Part shown: one piece after another, positions 1 to 8,824 of the stretch
Layout: every line of letters begins with the position of its first letter
Numbering within the stretch: the first letter of the stretch is position 1
From: an uncultured Anaerolineae bacterium
Lineage (GTDB): Bacteria > Chloroflexota > Anaerolineae > Aggregatilineales > Aggregatilineaceae
DNA length: 34,751 bases
Assembly: GCA_966250245.1 (NCBI GenBank)
Contig: CBINGT010000001.1
Coordinates: 1 to 34,751, forward strand
Direction: 5' to 3'
Program-made: the position numbers and the translations under genes
Notes under the pieces: generated by a model
Database searches by the model: none
The model's input: the letters and a program-made list of their open reading frames with translations, nothing else
What the model was told of the DNA's origin: nothing

Positions 1-72
1 GAAACCTCACCCCTTAACCCCCAGCCCCTTTTCCCCTCTCCATTCAATGGAGAGGGGCCAGGGGTGAGGTTC
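1..72. repeat. Nested-hairpin palindromic element, copy 1 (may be truncated by the window edge)
   Basis: Outer arms aacctcacccc (3-13) and ggggtgaggtt (61-71). Inner arms cccctctcc (33-41) and ggagagggg (49-57) around loop attcaat. A near-identical copy lies at 31274-31344. Confidence 0.85.
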
Positions 73-110
73 TGTGCGCTGACCGCATGCGCCCATTATC
101 TATAGATCAC

Positions 111-210
111 TTAGCAATTAGCCGTTCGCAGCGAGCCAACGGCGGAGCGCCGAGCGTGGCTTTGCTCTGTTGATCATCGCTAACCGCTAACTGCTAACCG
201 CTACCCGCTT
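111..210. repeat. Inverted heptamer-array bracket repeat B1 (left arm degenerate)
   Basis: Left arm has period-7 units ttagcaa ttagccg ttcgcag cgagcca (111-138). Right arm is gctaacc gctaact gctaacc gctaccc (179-206, continuing gctt). The arms are reverse complements at the GTTAGC/GCTAAC core. Confidence 0.7.
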
Positions 211-259
211 AAGAGTACCCCCATCCGCGAGCGGCGGGGTAACGCCCGCGTCGCCTGCG

Positions 260-286
260 GTAGCACTCACCTCTTGACAGTGCTAA
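260..286 (+). promoter_or_regulatory. CIRCE-like HrcA operator 1
   Basis: gTAGCACTC-acctcttga-cAGTGCTAA compared with the CIRCE consensus TTAGCACTC-N9-GAGTGCTAA. It has a 7-bp perfect inverted core with a 9-nt spacer, lies upstream of groEL and overlaps the -35 box. Confidence 0.8.
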
Positions 287-301
287 TTTGCCGCGTAGAA
301 T
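274..301 (+). promoter_or_regulatory. Sigma-70-type promoter of groEL
   Basis: TTGACA (274-279), a 16-nt spacer, then TAGAAT (296-301). It sits between and overlaps the two CIRCE elements. Confidence 0.65.
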
Positions 302-327
302 TAGCAGTCGCCGATGGAGACTGCTAA
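301..327 (+). promoter_or_regulatory. CIRCE-like HrcA operator 2
   Basis: TTAGCAGTC-gccgatgga-GACTGCTAA is a perfect 9-bp inverted repeat with an N9 spacer. It differs from consensus by one compensated C-to-G change per arm and lies at the expected transcription start. Confidence 0.8.
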
Positions 328-514
328 TCTTGCGGACTTCTGATGCGTTTTATATGTGTTTCTTACGCAAGTAGGGTAATGATCAAGGTCGTGAAATCGC
401 ATGCCCTACCCAGGGGGTTCCTCACCTGTCCGCATTGGGACAGTTGCCAGACGGTAGACCATCGCTTTCCGGGTGACCATCACATTCAAACAACAACAGA
501 GGAGTAACTGATCC

Positions 515-2152
515 ATGGCCAAGCAACTCGTTTTCGATCAAGAAGCGCGCACCAGCCTTAAGGCCGGTATCGACATTCTGGCGAAGGCTGTGATGACGAC
601 GCTCGGTCCCAAGGGGCGCAACGTCGCGATCGATAAGAAGTTTGGCGCGCCGACCATTACCCACGACGGCGTGTCGGTTGCAAAAGAAATTGAGCTCGAA
701 AACCCCTATGAGAACATGGGCGCGCAGCTTCTGAAGGAAGCCGCGACCAAGACCAACGACATCGCCGGTGACGGCACCACCACCGCGACTGTGCTCGCCT
801 ACTCGATGGTGAACGACGGTCTGCGCAACCTCGCCGCGGGCGCGAACCCCATGCTGCTGAAGCGCGGGATGGACATTGCGGCCGAGAAGGTCTCGCAGGC
901 GATCAAGGACATGGCGATCGAGATCAGCACCAAGGAAGAGATCGCGTCGGTCGCAGCCATCAGCGCGCAGGACCGCGAGATCGGCGAGCTGATTGCGGAC
1001 GTCATGGACAAGGTTGGTAAGGACGGCGTCATCACGGTCGAAGAGAGCAAGGGCCTGCAGTTCGAGACGAAGTACGTCGAGGGTATGCAGTTCGACCGCG
1101 GTTACATTTCCCCGTACTTCATCACCAGCCCCGACACGATGGAAGCCGTCATTAACGACGCGTACATTCTCATTCACGACAAGAAGATCTCGGCCGCGTC
1201 GGACCTCGTTCCGATCCTCGAGAAGCTGCTGCAGATCGGCAAGCGCGAACTCGTGATCATCGCCGAGGACGTGGACGGCGAAGCGCTGGCGACCCTGGTG
1301 CTCAACAAGCTGCGCGGTATGCTGAACGTCCTGGCCGTCAAGGCGCCGGGCTTTGGCGATCGCCGTAAGGCCATGCTGGGCGACATCGCCGCGCTGACCG
1401 GCGGTACCGTCATCACCGAGGAACTCGGCCGCAAGCTCGACTCGGTCACGATTGATGACCTGGGCCGCGCGGGTAAGGTCGTTGCGACCAAGAACGAGAC
1501 CACGATTGTCGACGGCGCGGGTGATGAAGCTCAGATCCGTGGCCGCATCGAGCAGATCCGCATTGAAATCGAGAACTCGACCAGCGACTACGACCGCGAG
1601 AAGCTCCAGGAGCGTCTGGCGAAGCTGAGCGGCGGCGTGGCGGTGATCGGCGTGGGCGCCGCGACCGAGGTCGAGCTGAAGGAAAAGAAGCACCGTGTTG
1701 AGGACGCGCTGAGCGCGACCCGCGCGGCGGTTGAGGAAGGCATCGTGCCCGGTGGTGGTGTTGCGCTGGTGAACGCAATGCACGTGCTGGACGACCTGAA
1801 GCTCGACAGCGACGACGCGAACACCGGTGTGGCGATCGTGCGTCGCGCCCTGCAGATGCCCATGCGCGGGATCGTTCAGAACGCGGGGCTCGACGGCGGC
1901 GTGATCCAGCAGCAGGTGATCAACGAGCAGAAGGCCCAGAACAACAAGAACATCGGTTTCGATGTGATGTCTGGCCAGTTCGTGGACATGATCAAGGCGG
2001 GCATCATCGACCCGGCCAAGGTGACGCGCGGCGCGCTGGAGAACGCCGTGAGCATCGCGGGCATGATGCTGACGACCGAAGCGCTGGTGACCGACCTGCC
2101 CGAGAAGGAACCCGCTATGCCGGGCGGCGGCGGTATGGACGGGATGATGTAA
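515..2152 (+). CDS. groEL: Chaperonin GroEL (Cpn60), 545 aa, no adjacent groES
   Basis: Translation shows the [12 protein letters not shown] and [10 protein letters not shown] motifs and a GGM-type C-terminal tail ([10 protein letters not shown]). RBS gaggag lies about 9 nt upstream of the ATG. Confidence 0.98.
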   Translation: MAKQLVFDQEARTSLKAGIDILAKAVMTTLGPKGRNVAIDKKFGAPTITHDGVSVAKEIELENPYENMGAQLLKEAATKTNDIAGDGTTTATVLAYSMVNDGLRNLAAGANPMLLKRGMDIAAEKVSQAIKDMAIEISTKEEIASVAAISAQDREIGELIADVMDKVGKDGVITVEESKGLQFETKYVEGMQFDRGYISPYFITSPDTMEAVINDAYILIHDKKISAASDLVPILEKLLQIGKRELVIIAEDVDGEALATLVLNKLRGMLNVLAVKAPGFGDRRKAMLGDIAALTGGTVITEELGRKLDSVTIDDLGRAGKVVATKNETTIVDGAGDEAQIRGRIEQIRIEIENSTSDYDREKLQERLAKLSGGVAVIGVGAATEVELKEKKHRVEDALSATRAAVEEGIVPGGGVALVNAMHVLDDLKLDSDDANTGVAIVRRALQMPMRGIVQNAGLDGGVIQQQVINEQKAQNNKNIGFDVMSGQFVDMIKAGIIDPAKVTRGALENAVSIAGMMLTTEALVTDLPEKEPAMPGGGGMDGMM

Positions 2153-2177
2153 TCCCGCAAGGCCAGGTGTTTGAATA

Positions 2178-2216
2178 CCGGGGACAGCCCAACGAAGCTG
2201 TTCCCGGTTCTTTTTT
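2178..2216 (+). terminator. Rho-independent terminator of groEL
   Basis: An 11-bp stem ccggggacagc / gctgttcccgg (one G-U pair) with an 8-nt loop, followed by ttcttttttat. Confidence 0.85.
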
Positions 2217-2307
2217 ATCTTCTTGCCACGCGCAGACGCAATTTTGGCATTTCTGCTGCGTGGAGACGTATGATTTATGAGAGCCGAATCAGGAAAGGAA
2301 ATCATCC

Positions 2308-3813
2308 TTGATGGAAGCCGTTGAGAAGCTCAATGCACACTTGGCCGACGTGGTGAACCTGGCCCGCGCGGCGGCGGTCCTGGGATGGGACCAGCAGACG
2401 TATATGCCGCCGGGCGGTGCAGAAGCGCGCGGCGAGCAGCTTGCTACCCTCAGTAAGCTCGCGCATGAGATTTTCGCGTCGGACAAAACCGGCCAACTGC
2501 TCGAAGAGGCCGAGCGCGCGCTGGACGGCGCCGACCCTGACAGCACCGAGGCTGCGCTGGTGCGCGTCGTGCGCCACGATTACGATCTCGAAACCAAGCT
2601 GCCGACCTCCCTGGTCGAGGCGCTCGCCCGCGAGACGACGCGCGCGCACGAGATCTGGGTGAAGGCGCGCGAGCAGAACGATTTCGCGTCCTTCGCGCCG
2701 ATGCTTGAGCGTATTTACGACCTGATGCGCGAGAAGGCCGAAGCGCTCGGTTACGAGGATCGCATGTACGACGCGCTGCTCGACCAGTACGAGCCGGGCG
2801 CGAAGACGGCCCACGTCGCCGAAGTGTTCGACGGGCTGCGGCAAGAGCTGGTCCCGTTCGTGCATCAGATATTCGAGCGGCTGAACGCGGTCGATCACTC
2901 GTTTTTGCACAAGGAGTACGACGTCAAGAAGCAGGAAGAGTTCGGGCTGGAAGTCATTCGCCAGTTGGGCTACGACTTCAGTCGCGGGCGGCAAGACAGG
3001 GCCGTTCACCCCTTCACGACCAACTTCTCGATCAACGACGTTCGTATCACCACCCGCTACCTACCGAATTATCTGCCGTCGGCGCTGTTTAGCTCGGTTC
3101 ACGAGGCGGGCCACGCCCTCTACGAGTTGGGCTGCGACCAGTCACTTGAGAACACGATGCTGGCGGGCGGCACATCGCTGGGCGTGCACGAGAGCCAGTC
3201 GCGCCTGTGGGAAAACATCGTCGGGCGCGGCCGTCCGTTCTGGCAGCACTTCTACCCGCTGCTTCAGCAGACCTTCCCCGAGCAGCTTGGCAAGGTGGAC
3301 CTCGACGCGTTCTACCGCGCGATCAACTTTGTGTCGCGCTCGCTGATCCGCGTCGAAGCCGACGAAGTGACCTACAACCTGCACATCATGCTGCGTTTCG
3401 AGATGGAAAACGACCTGCTCGAAGGCAAGCTCGCGGTCAAGGACGCGCCCGAGGCGTGGAACGCGAAAATGCAGGAATATCTCGGCATCACCCCGCCGAA
3501 CGACGCGCAGGGCATCTTGCAGGATGTGCACTGGTCGTCCGGCCTGGTCGGCTATTTCCCGACCTACGCGCTCGGTACGCTGCTTTCGGTGCAGTTCTGG
3601 GATAAGGCGCTGGAAGATGTGCCGTCGATCCCCGACGACATCGCGCAGGGGAACTTCAGCACGCTGCACGACTGGCTGCGCAACCACATCTACGTGCATG
3701 GGCGGAAGTACTTCCCGGCGGATCTGGTGCAGCGCGTCACCGGCGAGCCGCTGCAATATCACTCGTTCATGCGCTATCTGCGGGACAAGTACAGCGAGAT
3801 CTACGAACTGTAG
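2308..3813 (+). CDS. M32 family metallocarboxypeptidase (carboxypeptidase Taq-like), 501 aa
   Basis: HEAGHALYE (HEXXH), HPFT, HESQSRLWEN and IRVEADEVTYNLHIMLRFE motifs typical of peptidase M32. The track start is TTG at 2308. An ATG at 2311 with RBS aggaaagga (2292-2300) is the likelier start. Confidence 0.93.
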   Translation: MMEAVEKLNAHLADVVNLARAAAVLGWDQQTYMPPGGAEARGEQLATLSKLAHEIFASDKTGQLLEEAERALDGADPDSTEAALVRVVRHDYDLETKLPTSLVEALARETTRAHEIWVKAREQNDFASFAPMLERIYDLMREKAEALGYEDRMYDALLDQYEPGAKTAHVAEVFDGLRQELVPFVHQIFERLNAVDHSFLHKEYDVKKQEEFGLEVIRQLGYDFSRGRQDRAVHPFTTNFSINDVRITTRYLPNYLPSALFSSVHEAGHALYELGCDQSLENTMLAGGTSLGVHESQSRLWENIVGRGRPFWQHFYPLLQQTFPEQLGKVDLDAFYRAINFVSRSLIRVEADEVTYNLHIMLRFEMENDLLEGKLAVKDAPEAWNAKMQEYLGITPPNDAQGILQDVHWSSGLVGYFPTYALGTLLSVQFWDKALEDVPSIPDDIAQGNFSTLHDWLRNHIYVHGRKYFPADLVQRVTGEPLQYHSFMRYLRDKYSEIYEL

Positions 3814-3843
3814 AGCGCCACAGCACACGGAAATGAAAACAAG

Positions 3844-3869
3844 ACGCCCCGGCACACTGACCGGGGCGT
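3844..3869. terminator. Hairpin between convergent genes (possible bidirectional terminator)
   Basis: 9-bp stem acgccccgg / ccggggcgt with loop cacactga, flanked by A-rich sequence on the left (aaaacaag) and T-containing sequence on the right (tgtaatt). Confidence 0.6.
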
Positions 3870-3896
3870 TGTAATTCGTCTGATGTGGTGCGCCGT

Positions 3897-4688
3897 TTAG
3901 CGCCCGTAAAGCCAGTTCAGGATGCGGCGGAGCAGACCGGGCTTCTTCGGCTCGCGGACGACCGTGTTCCCGAAGTTGTCGATCGCGATCTGGAGCAGTT
4001 GGCCGCTGTTTCGTGCCGCTTCCCAGTCCATTTTTGAATGACGCGGGATCAGATAGGCACGCATCCAACGGTCGCCTTTCGCGCCGCGAATGTGCAGGAG
4101 CTTCCACTTGTCGTCGTAAAGCTGGATGTTGTACAGCAGAAGCTGGTACTGGTCTGCCGGAGAAAGCTCACCCCGGTCCTGAGTGAAGTCATATGTTTCC
4201 GGCGGCGGCTCTAGCGCCTCGCGTGGCGGGCTCGGATGGTGCACTGGCGGCGGCGCGTAATCCGGCTCGATCGCGGGTTCCGGCACGGGCGCTGGCGCGG
4301 CAATACGGCGGCTTCCCGCGCGTCCATTGTCGCGCCCATTCTCCGCGGGGGCGCGGACCGCCGGGATCGGGCGATAGGGCTGTTCGTCCTCGATCTCGTA
4401 AATCGGGCGGCTGTCGAGCGCCGGTTCTTCGTAAAGAACGTTCGCATCGGGCGCGGCGGAGTAGCGAGCGGCCTCGTATTCGCCGTCAAAGCTGTCATGG
4501 ACGCGAGACACCCCTGGAACGCCTTCGGTGAAGTCTTGTTCCAGCCCGTAGTCGGCGGGATCTTGCAGCGGAATGCGACGCGCGTTGGTGGCCGGCTGCT
4601 CCGATGGCCGTGTGGAATGTGTCTTCCAACTTAACTCGGGGCGGTACGATGCCAGCCGGCTGGGTGCTCGATGAATGTCGCGCGTCAT
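3897..4688 (-). CDS. Hypothetical protein, 263 aa: Pro/acidic-rich N-terminal two-thirds plus a conserved-looking C-terminal domain
   Basis: Codon usage and GC3 resemble neighbouring genes. RBS gaggag lies 9 nt upstream of the ATG. I recognise no family for the C-terminal segment YQLLLYNIQLYDDKWKLLHIRGAKGDRW. Confidence 0.6.
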   Translation of the reverse strand: MTRDIHRAPSRLASYRPELSWKTHSTRPSEQPATNARRIPLQDPADYGLEQDFTEGVPGVSRVHDSFDGEYEAARYSAAPDANVLYEEPALDSRPIYEIEDEQPYRPIPAVRAPAENGRDNGRAGSRRIAAPAPVPEPAIEPDYAPPPVHHPSPPREALEPPPETYDFTQDRGELSPADQYQLLLYNIQLYDDKWKLLHIRGAKGDRWMRAYLIPRHSKMDWEAARNSGQLLQIAIDNFGNTVVREPKKPGLLRRILNWLYGR

Positions 4689-5069
4689 GATCAGGCACTC
4701 CTCGAATAAACCTTCGCGCCGGAATTTTGCTACACAGTACTAGCCCCCTGCCCTGAGGTGGGACGGAAAATCGTGCCAGATCAGATGGCGGTCTGCGATG
4801 AAGCGACGTGTGCGGTGATGAAGCCGCGGTGAGGGCTACCTATTCGCATTATACCCGGCTTCCCGTTAAGTGCAGTGAAACTCCCGTGCGACTTCGGTTT
4901 CCGCAGCGTACTCTGGACACGGATTTCACAAATTTTTCACAAACTATAACCAAACACAGCCCAAACGTAATCGTATTCTAAGCGAGTTTTTTAGCGGGCG
5001 CAACCCTGCAAGGCGGTCACAAGTCAGCTATTTCGACGAATTGTGACACTATTCGCGCTCAGAGGCTGT

Positions 5070-5945
5070 TCAACGCGGACGGTAAGGGACCAGGAGTTCT
5101 TGCCAGCGCGCGGAGTCGGCAGGCAGGCGCGAGGCGCCTTCTGCCAGCAGGCGGAGGTTTCCGGCGGCGGGGCTATCGGCGGCAAACAACGCGCGCCCGT
5201 AGGTCTGCGCGAAGCGAGCAGCGTACAGGCTGCCGCTATCCAGGCCGGCCTCGATTACGATCACCACGTCACTCAACCCGCTGATTAGCCGGTTCCGCGC
5301 CACCAGCGCCGATCGGTCGGGCGTGGCGTCGGGATGCACCTCAGACAGCAGCGCCCCACGTGCGGCGATATGCTCGGCCAGCGTGGCGTTCGACGGGGGA
5401 TAGATCGTGGTCAACCCGCTGCCCAGCACGGCGACCGTCATTCCTCCGCCGCTCAGCGCGCCACTGTGCGCGGCGGTGTCAATGCCAAGCGCCAGCCCGC
5501 TGACAACCGCCCACCCATCCGACGCGAGCGTTTCCGCCAGCGCGATCGCCATCTCCCGTGCCGCGCGAGTGGGGCGGCGCGTCCCGACGATCGCCACGGT
5601 GGGCGTGCTTTCGTCCGGTAGCGCGCTCCCGCGCCAGAACAGCACGGCCGGGCTGTCGTCCAGCGCAGCGAGCCGGGCAGGGAAGGCGTCATCTCCGGGC
5701 AGCAGCGCGCTGATCTCAGCCGCCTGCCAGTCGTCCAATGCGGCGGCGGTGGCGTGCGGATCGGCGGCGCGGATGGCGGCAGCGGTCTTCGCGCCGATAC
5801 GGGGCACGGCTTTTAGCGCGGCGTCGTCTGCGCTCAGCACTGCATCCAGCGAGCCGAAATGCGCCAGCAGCCGTTCCAGCGTGCGGCGTCCCAGGCGCGG
5901 GATCAACGCCAGCGTGATCCACTGCACGCGCTCCCAGCCGGTCAT
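5070..5945 (-). CDS. dprA: DNA processing protein DprA (Smf), 292 aa
   Basis: Rossmann-like core motifs VAIVGTRRPT, VVSGLALGIDTAAH and LVARNRLISGL. Start taken at MTGWERV. Its ATG (5943-5945) overlaps the TGA of the upstream MFS gene as ATGA. Confidence 0.9.
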   Translation of the reverse strand: MTGWERVQWITLALIPRLGRRTLERLLAHFGSLDAVLSADDAALKAVPRIGAKTAAAIRAADPHATAAALDDWQAAEISALLPGDDAFPARLAALDDSPAVLFWRGSALPDESTPTVAIVGTRRPTRAAREMAIALAETLASDGWAVVSGLALGIDTAAHSGALSGGGMTVAVLGSGLTTIYPPSNATLAEHIAARGALLSEVHPDATPDRSALVARNRLISGLSDVVIVIEAGLDSGSLYAARFAQTYGRALFAADSPAAGNLRLLAEGASRLPADSARWQELLVPYRPR

Positions 5946-7225
5946 GCGGCGGCTGGCTCGTCGTCGAGCCGTTCTTTGAGAGACATGAACTGCCACGCGC
6001 TGAGCACCGACAGCATGAATGACAGAGCGAACAGCGCCTCGAACCCGATCAGCCCGGCGATGACGCCATTCAGGCTGCCGAAGATGCTCACCACGCCGAT
6101 CCACGTGTTCAACCCGCCCATGTAGACCGGCCGCTCGCTGGGGTTGGATGGCGTCACGTTGAGGGACAGTGCCATCAGGTTTGAGAAGATCAGCCCCTTC
6201 TGGATCGCGGTCAGGGCGTAGACCGGGATCAAATAGTATTCGGCGGCGCGGTCCCGCACGCCGAGCGGCAGCGCGAGCAGGAGCAACCCCCACCCCATCG
6301 CCTGAGTCAGCATGCCGAACGCGACCGGCAGGCGGTTGCCGATCCGCACGCTCACCCGTCCCGCCGCGACGCTGAATATCGGGCGCAGCAGCGAGCTGAC
6401 GAGCAGGTACATCCCGGCCAGCTCCAGACGGACGCCGAGGCGCTGGCTGGCGTAGACGATGATCAGTCCGTTCGCCATGCTCGAAAGCTCGAACAGCGTC
6501 CGTCCCTGCACGAACTTGCGGAAATCCGGGCTGCGGCGCCAGATGCTGCGGAACAGCCCCACCGACAGCGACAGTTGGTCGGATGCTGGCTCGGAAGGCG
6601 GCTCCTTCACAGCAGAGAACGAGAAGAAGCCGAGCATCTGCGTCACGCCGCCGATGATGAACAGCAGGGCAAAGTTAATCGGAAACTCAAAGCGCACGTC
6701 CGGCCCGGTGAAGAACAGGACGACCGGCGAGCCGACGATCGCCAGCGCCCCGCCGAGCGCCCCGCGCCATCCGAACACCAGCCCGCGCTGCCGTGCGGGG
6801 ATGACCTTGGCGACGACCTCGGTGAATGGCAGGCCGGTGACGCCCGCGGCGAGGCCGCCCATCACCACGAACAGCATCAGCGTGGTGAGCAGCACGGCCG
6901 GGTTCCGCGAGAGAAATACGACGACGACCAGCGCGATCCAACTGATCGTCCGCAGCACGGCGGACCAGTGGTAGAGCGGCAGGGCGTAGCGGTTGCGGCG
7001 TAACCAGCCGATCGTCCAGATCTGCGGCAAGGACCATGTTGCGTTTTGCAGCGGCGTGATGAGGCCCAAAATGAGCGGGCTTGAGGTCAGGTGGGCGGCG
7101 AAGGCGGTTAGCACGAGGTCCGGTGCGGCGACCGAATTGGTCGTGCCGATCATCAAGGCGCCATTCAGAATGGTCAGACGGGTGTTGCGACGGATCTCTT
7201 TAGGTGATTGAACTTGGGTAGGCAC
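5942..7225 (-). CDS. MFS-type transporter, 427 aa (GTG start)
   Basis: About 12 hydrophobic segments in a two-halves architecture with a central charged loop (WRRSPDFRKF). Substrate unknown. Confidence 0.78.
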   Translation of the reverse strand: MPTQVQSPKEIRRNTRLTILNGALMIGTTNSVAAPDLVLTAFAAHLTSSPLILGLITPLQNATWSLPQIWTIGWLRRNRYALPLYHWSAVLRTISWIALVVVVFLSRNPAVLLTTLMLFVVMGGLAAGVTGLPFTEVVAKVIPARQRGLVFGWRGALGGALAIVGSPVVLFFTGPDVRFEFPINFALLFIIGGVTQMLGFFSFSAVKEPPSEPASDQLSLSVGLFRSIWRRSPDFRKFVQGRTLFELSSMANGLIIVYASQRLGVRLELAGMYLLVSSLLRPIFSVAAGRVSVRIGNRLPVAFGMLTQAMGWGLLLLALPLGVRDRAAEYYLIPVYALTAIQKGLIFSNLMALSLNVTPSNPSERPVYMGGLNTWIGVVSIFGSLNGVIAGLIGFEALFALSFMLSVLSAWQFMSLKERLDDEPAAA

Positions 7226-7401
7226 AGAACGACCTGTATGCTTTTTCCGGGGATCTCTTCCGGTTCTCGCGCACAGTTACAGGCGCAGTACGAAAGGTAA
7301 GCTTACTCCCCGGCGTCAGGTGTGGCAAGGGCGGTTGTGTTTTTGAGAGGGGCGCGTAACAATCTGAGTGATCGAATCGCGCTGGAATTGGGGAGAGCCG
7401 A

Positions 7402-8019
7402 ATGACCGACCGGATTCGCGTGAGCTGCGCCAGCCTGTGCCGGATCGAGCATGAGGGCTGGTTCTTACTGCTGCTCAACGCGGACCGTCGCCGTCGCGGG
7501 CTGTACGTGCTGTCGCCAATCGGCGGCGCACTGACCATCACCGCCTACGACCGCCTCGCCTCGTTCGCCGCGATCCTCGAAACGCCGCAGAACGACGACC
7601 TGCGCCTGACGGTCCCACGCGCCAAGTTGCCACAGTTCCGCGAGTGGTTCTATTCCGGTCACGGGCGCGAGCGCTCGCCCTTCCGCGAGCTACGCGAGGA
7701 ACTGGTCGACGAAACGAACCTGCTCCCCTCGCTGGAGCCTGAGGACGTCCAGTGGGAGCATTTGTGGACCGTCGAAGAAGAGGCGTTCTCGGCGCGGGGC
7801 GGACAGGCGGGCACCTTCACCCACTATTTCCTCGAAATTTTCGGCGTGGCGTTCACCAGCGACGAAGTGCTGGGCACGCTGCTCGCCGCCCCGCCCGAAA
7901 GTGGCGCGCGCTGGGTCACACGAGAACAGATTGAGAACGGCGTGCCCCTCACGCTGACGATTGACGGAGCCGAGCGCAGCGTTCGCGTGAATGGCCGCGC
8001 GATCCTGCGGCCGCCGTAA
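7402..8019 (+). CDS. Nudix-fold-like protein (function uncertain), 205 aa
   Basis: Partial Nudix box RELREELVDE (REUxEE) preceded by LSPIGGAL. RBS ggggagag lies 5 nt before the ATG. The family assignment comes from motif memory only. Confidence 0.5.
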   Translation: MTDRIRVSCASLCRIEHEGWFLLLLNADRRRRGLYVLSPIGGALTITAYDRLASFAAILETPQNDDLRLTVPRAKLPQFREWFYSGHGRERSPFRELREELVDETNLLPSLEPEDVQWEHLWTVEEEAFSARGGQAGTFTHYFLEIFGVAFTSDEVLGTLLAAPPESGARWVTREQIENGVPLTLTIDGAERSVRVNGRAILRPP

Positions 8020-8025
8020 GACAGC

Positions 8026-8208
8026 AGTTAGCGATCAGCGGTTAGCAGTTAGCCAGACCAACGACGGGCTGAACCCTCTAGGCGGCTGTAACGAGGCACG
8101 GAAAAGCGCCAGCCAAGTCCATAACAATTGCTGAAGACGGGAGTGTGCCGATCCGTGATTGCTCTTTGCCCTAGCTAATCGCTCATTGCTAACCGCTAAC
8201 CGCTGCTC
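8026..8208. repeat. Inverted heptamer-array bracket repeat B2
   Basis: Left arm agttagc gatcagc ggttagc agttagc (8026-8053). Right arm gctaatc gctcatt gctaacc gctaacc gctgctc (8174-8208). It fills the gap between convergent genes. Confidence 0.8.
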
Positions 8209-8744
8209 TACCCCCATGTCGTCCAGGGATTGTTCGGATCGTACGCGCCGTAGATAACCGTGATCCGCACCGTATCCGCCCAGGTGCGAAACGCCGCCTG
8301 ATCGCCATTGAGCCGCCAGCGCAGGCGGCGCGGCAGGCGCAGCCACGCAAAGCCGATGAAGCGTCGCTCCTGCCGGGTCGCGGTACGGAGCAGCTCGAAA
8401 TACCAGCGCGGCAGCGATTCGCGCAGGTCCGGGTGGCGGCGCACGATGATATCTGTCACGAGCGCCATGAACATCAGCACGAAGAAGGTCAGCGGGGCGA
8501 AGGTCGCGCCGGTGTAGGTGTACGGGCTGAGCGCGTCGCCGGAGAACAGCCCGCCCATAAACGCCGCCAGCGCGGCCCACTCCAGAAAGCGGCACAGCGG
8601 GTAGACTCGGCGCTCGTCGCCATAGTCCCGGAAGCGCGCCATGAGCTGATCTTTCCAGTGGCCGCTGATCAGGGCGCCGTAGTACACGGTGAAGCTCACC
8701 GGCACGACGACGAATATGAAGACGAGCAGCGGTGGGATCGACAT
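8208..8744 (-). CDS. Hypothetical integral membrane protein, 178 aa
   Basis: Three to four hydrophobic helices and a W/Y/F-rich composition. The competing ORF 8035-8595 is Arg/Ala/Pro-rich and looks spurious. Confidence 0.65.
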   Translation of the reverse strand: MSIPPLLVFIFVVVPVSFTVYYGALISGHWKDQLMARFRDYGDERRVYPLCRFLEWAALAAFMGGLFSGDALSPYTYTGATFAPLTFFVLMFMALVTDIIVRRHPDLRESLPRWYFELLRTATRQERRFIGFAWLRLPRRLRWRLNGDQAAFRTWADTVRITVIYGAYDPNNPWTTWG

Positions 8745-8824
8745 CTCCGGTCGAGCCTCGGCGGCGGCCGGGCCGCCGTCGCAGCCGTTCGCAGCGAGCG
8801 GCGCTTCGGATGGTTGCTCTGATT

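Noticed and set aside
111-210. Heptamer arrays as additional HrcA/CIRCE sites because of the shared TTAGC string
   Set aside because: They lack the 9-N9-9 CIRCE architecture. The other three copies are not near heat-shock genes.
422-2305. 627-aa ORF antisense to groEL
   Set aside because: It is the mirror frame of an unmistakable groEL gene. Its Arg/Ala/Val/His-rich composition is typical of spurious antisense ORFs in high-GC DNA.
4786-4833. 15-codon ORF MAVCDEATCAVMKPR in the long intergenic region
   Set aside because: It has no RBS, is too short to evaluate, and is expected by chance.
5946-6293. 116-codon N-terminal extension of the dprA ORF (track ORF 5070-6293)
   Set aside because: The extension overlaps the 3' end of the MFS gene in another frame and is Arg-rich nonsense. 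DprA homology begins at the ATG at 5945, which forms an ATGA overlap with the MFS stop.
8035-8595. 186-aa minus-strand ORF competing with 8208-8744
   Set aside because: Its composition is Arg/Ala/Pro-rich and it would run through the heptamer repeat. The 8208-8744 frame encodes plausible TM helices instead.
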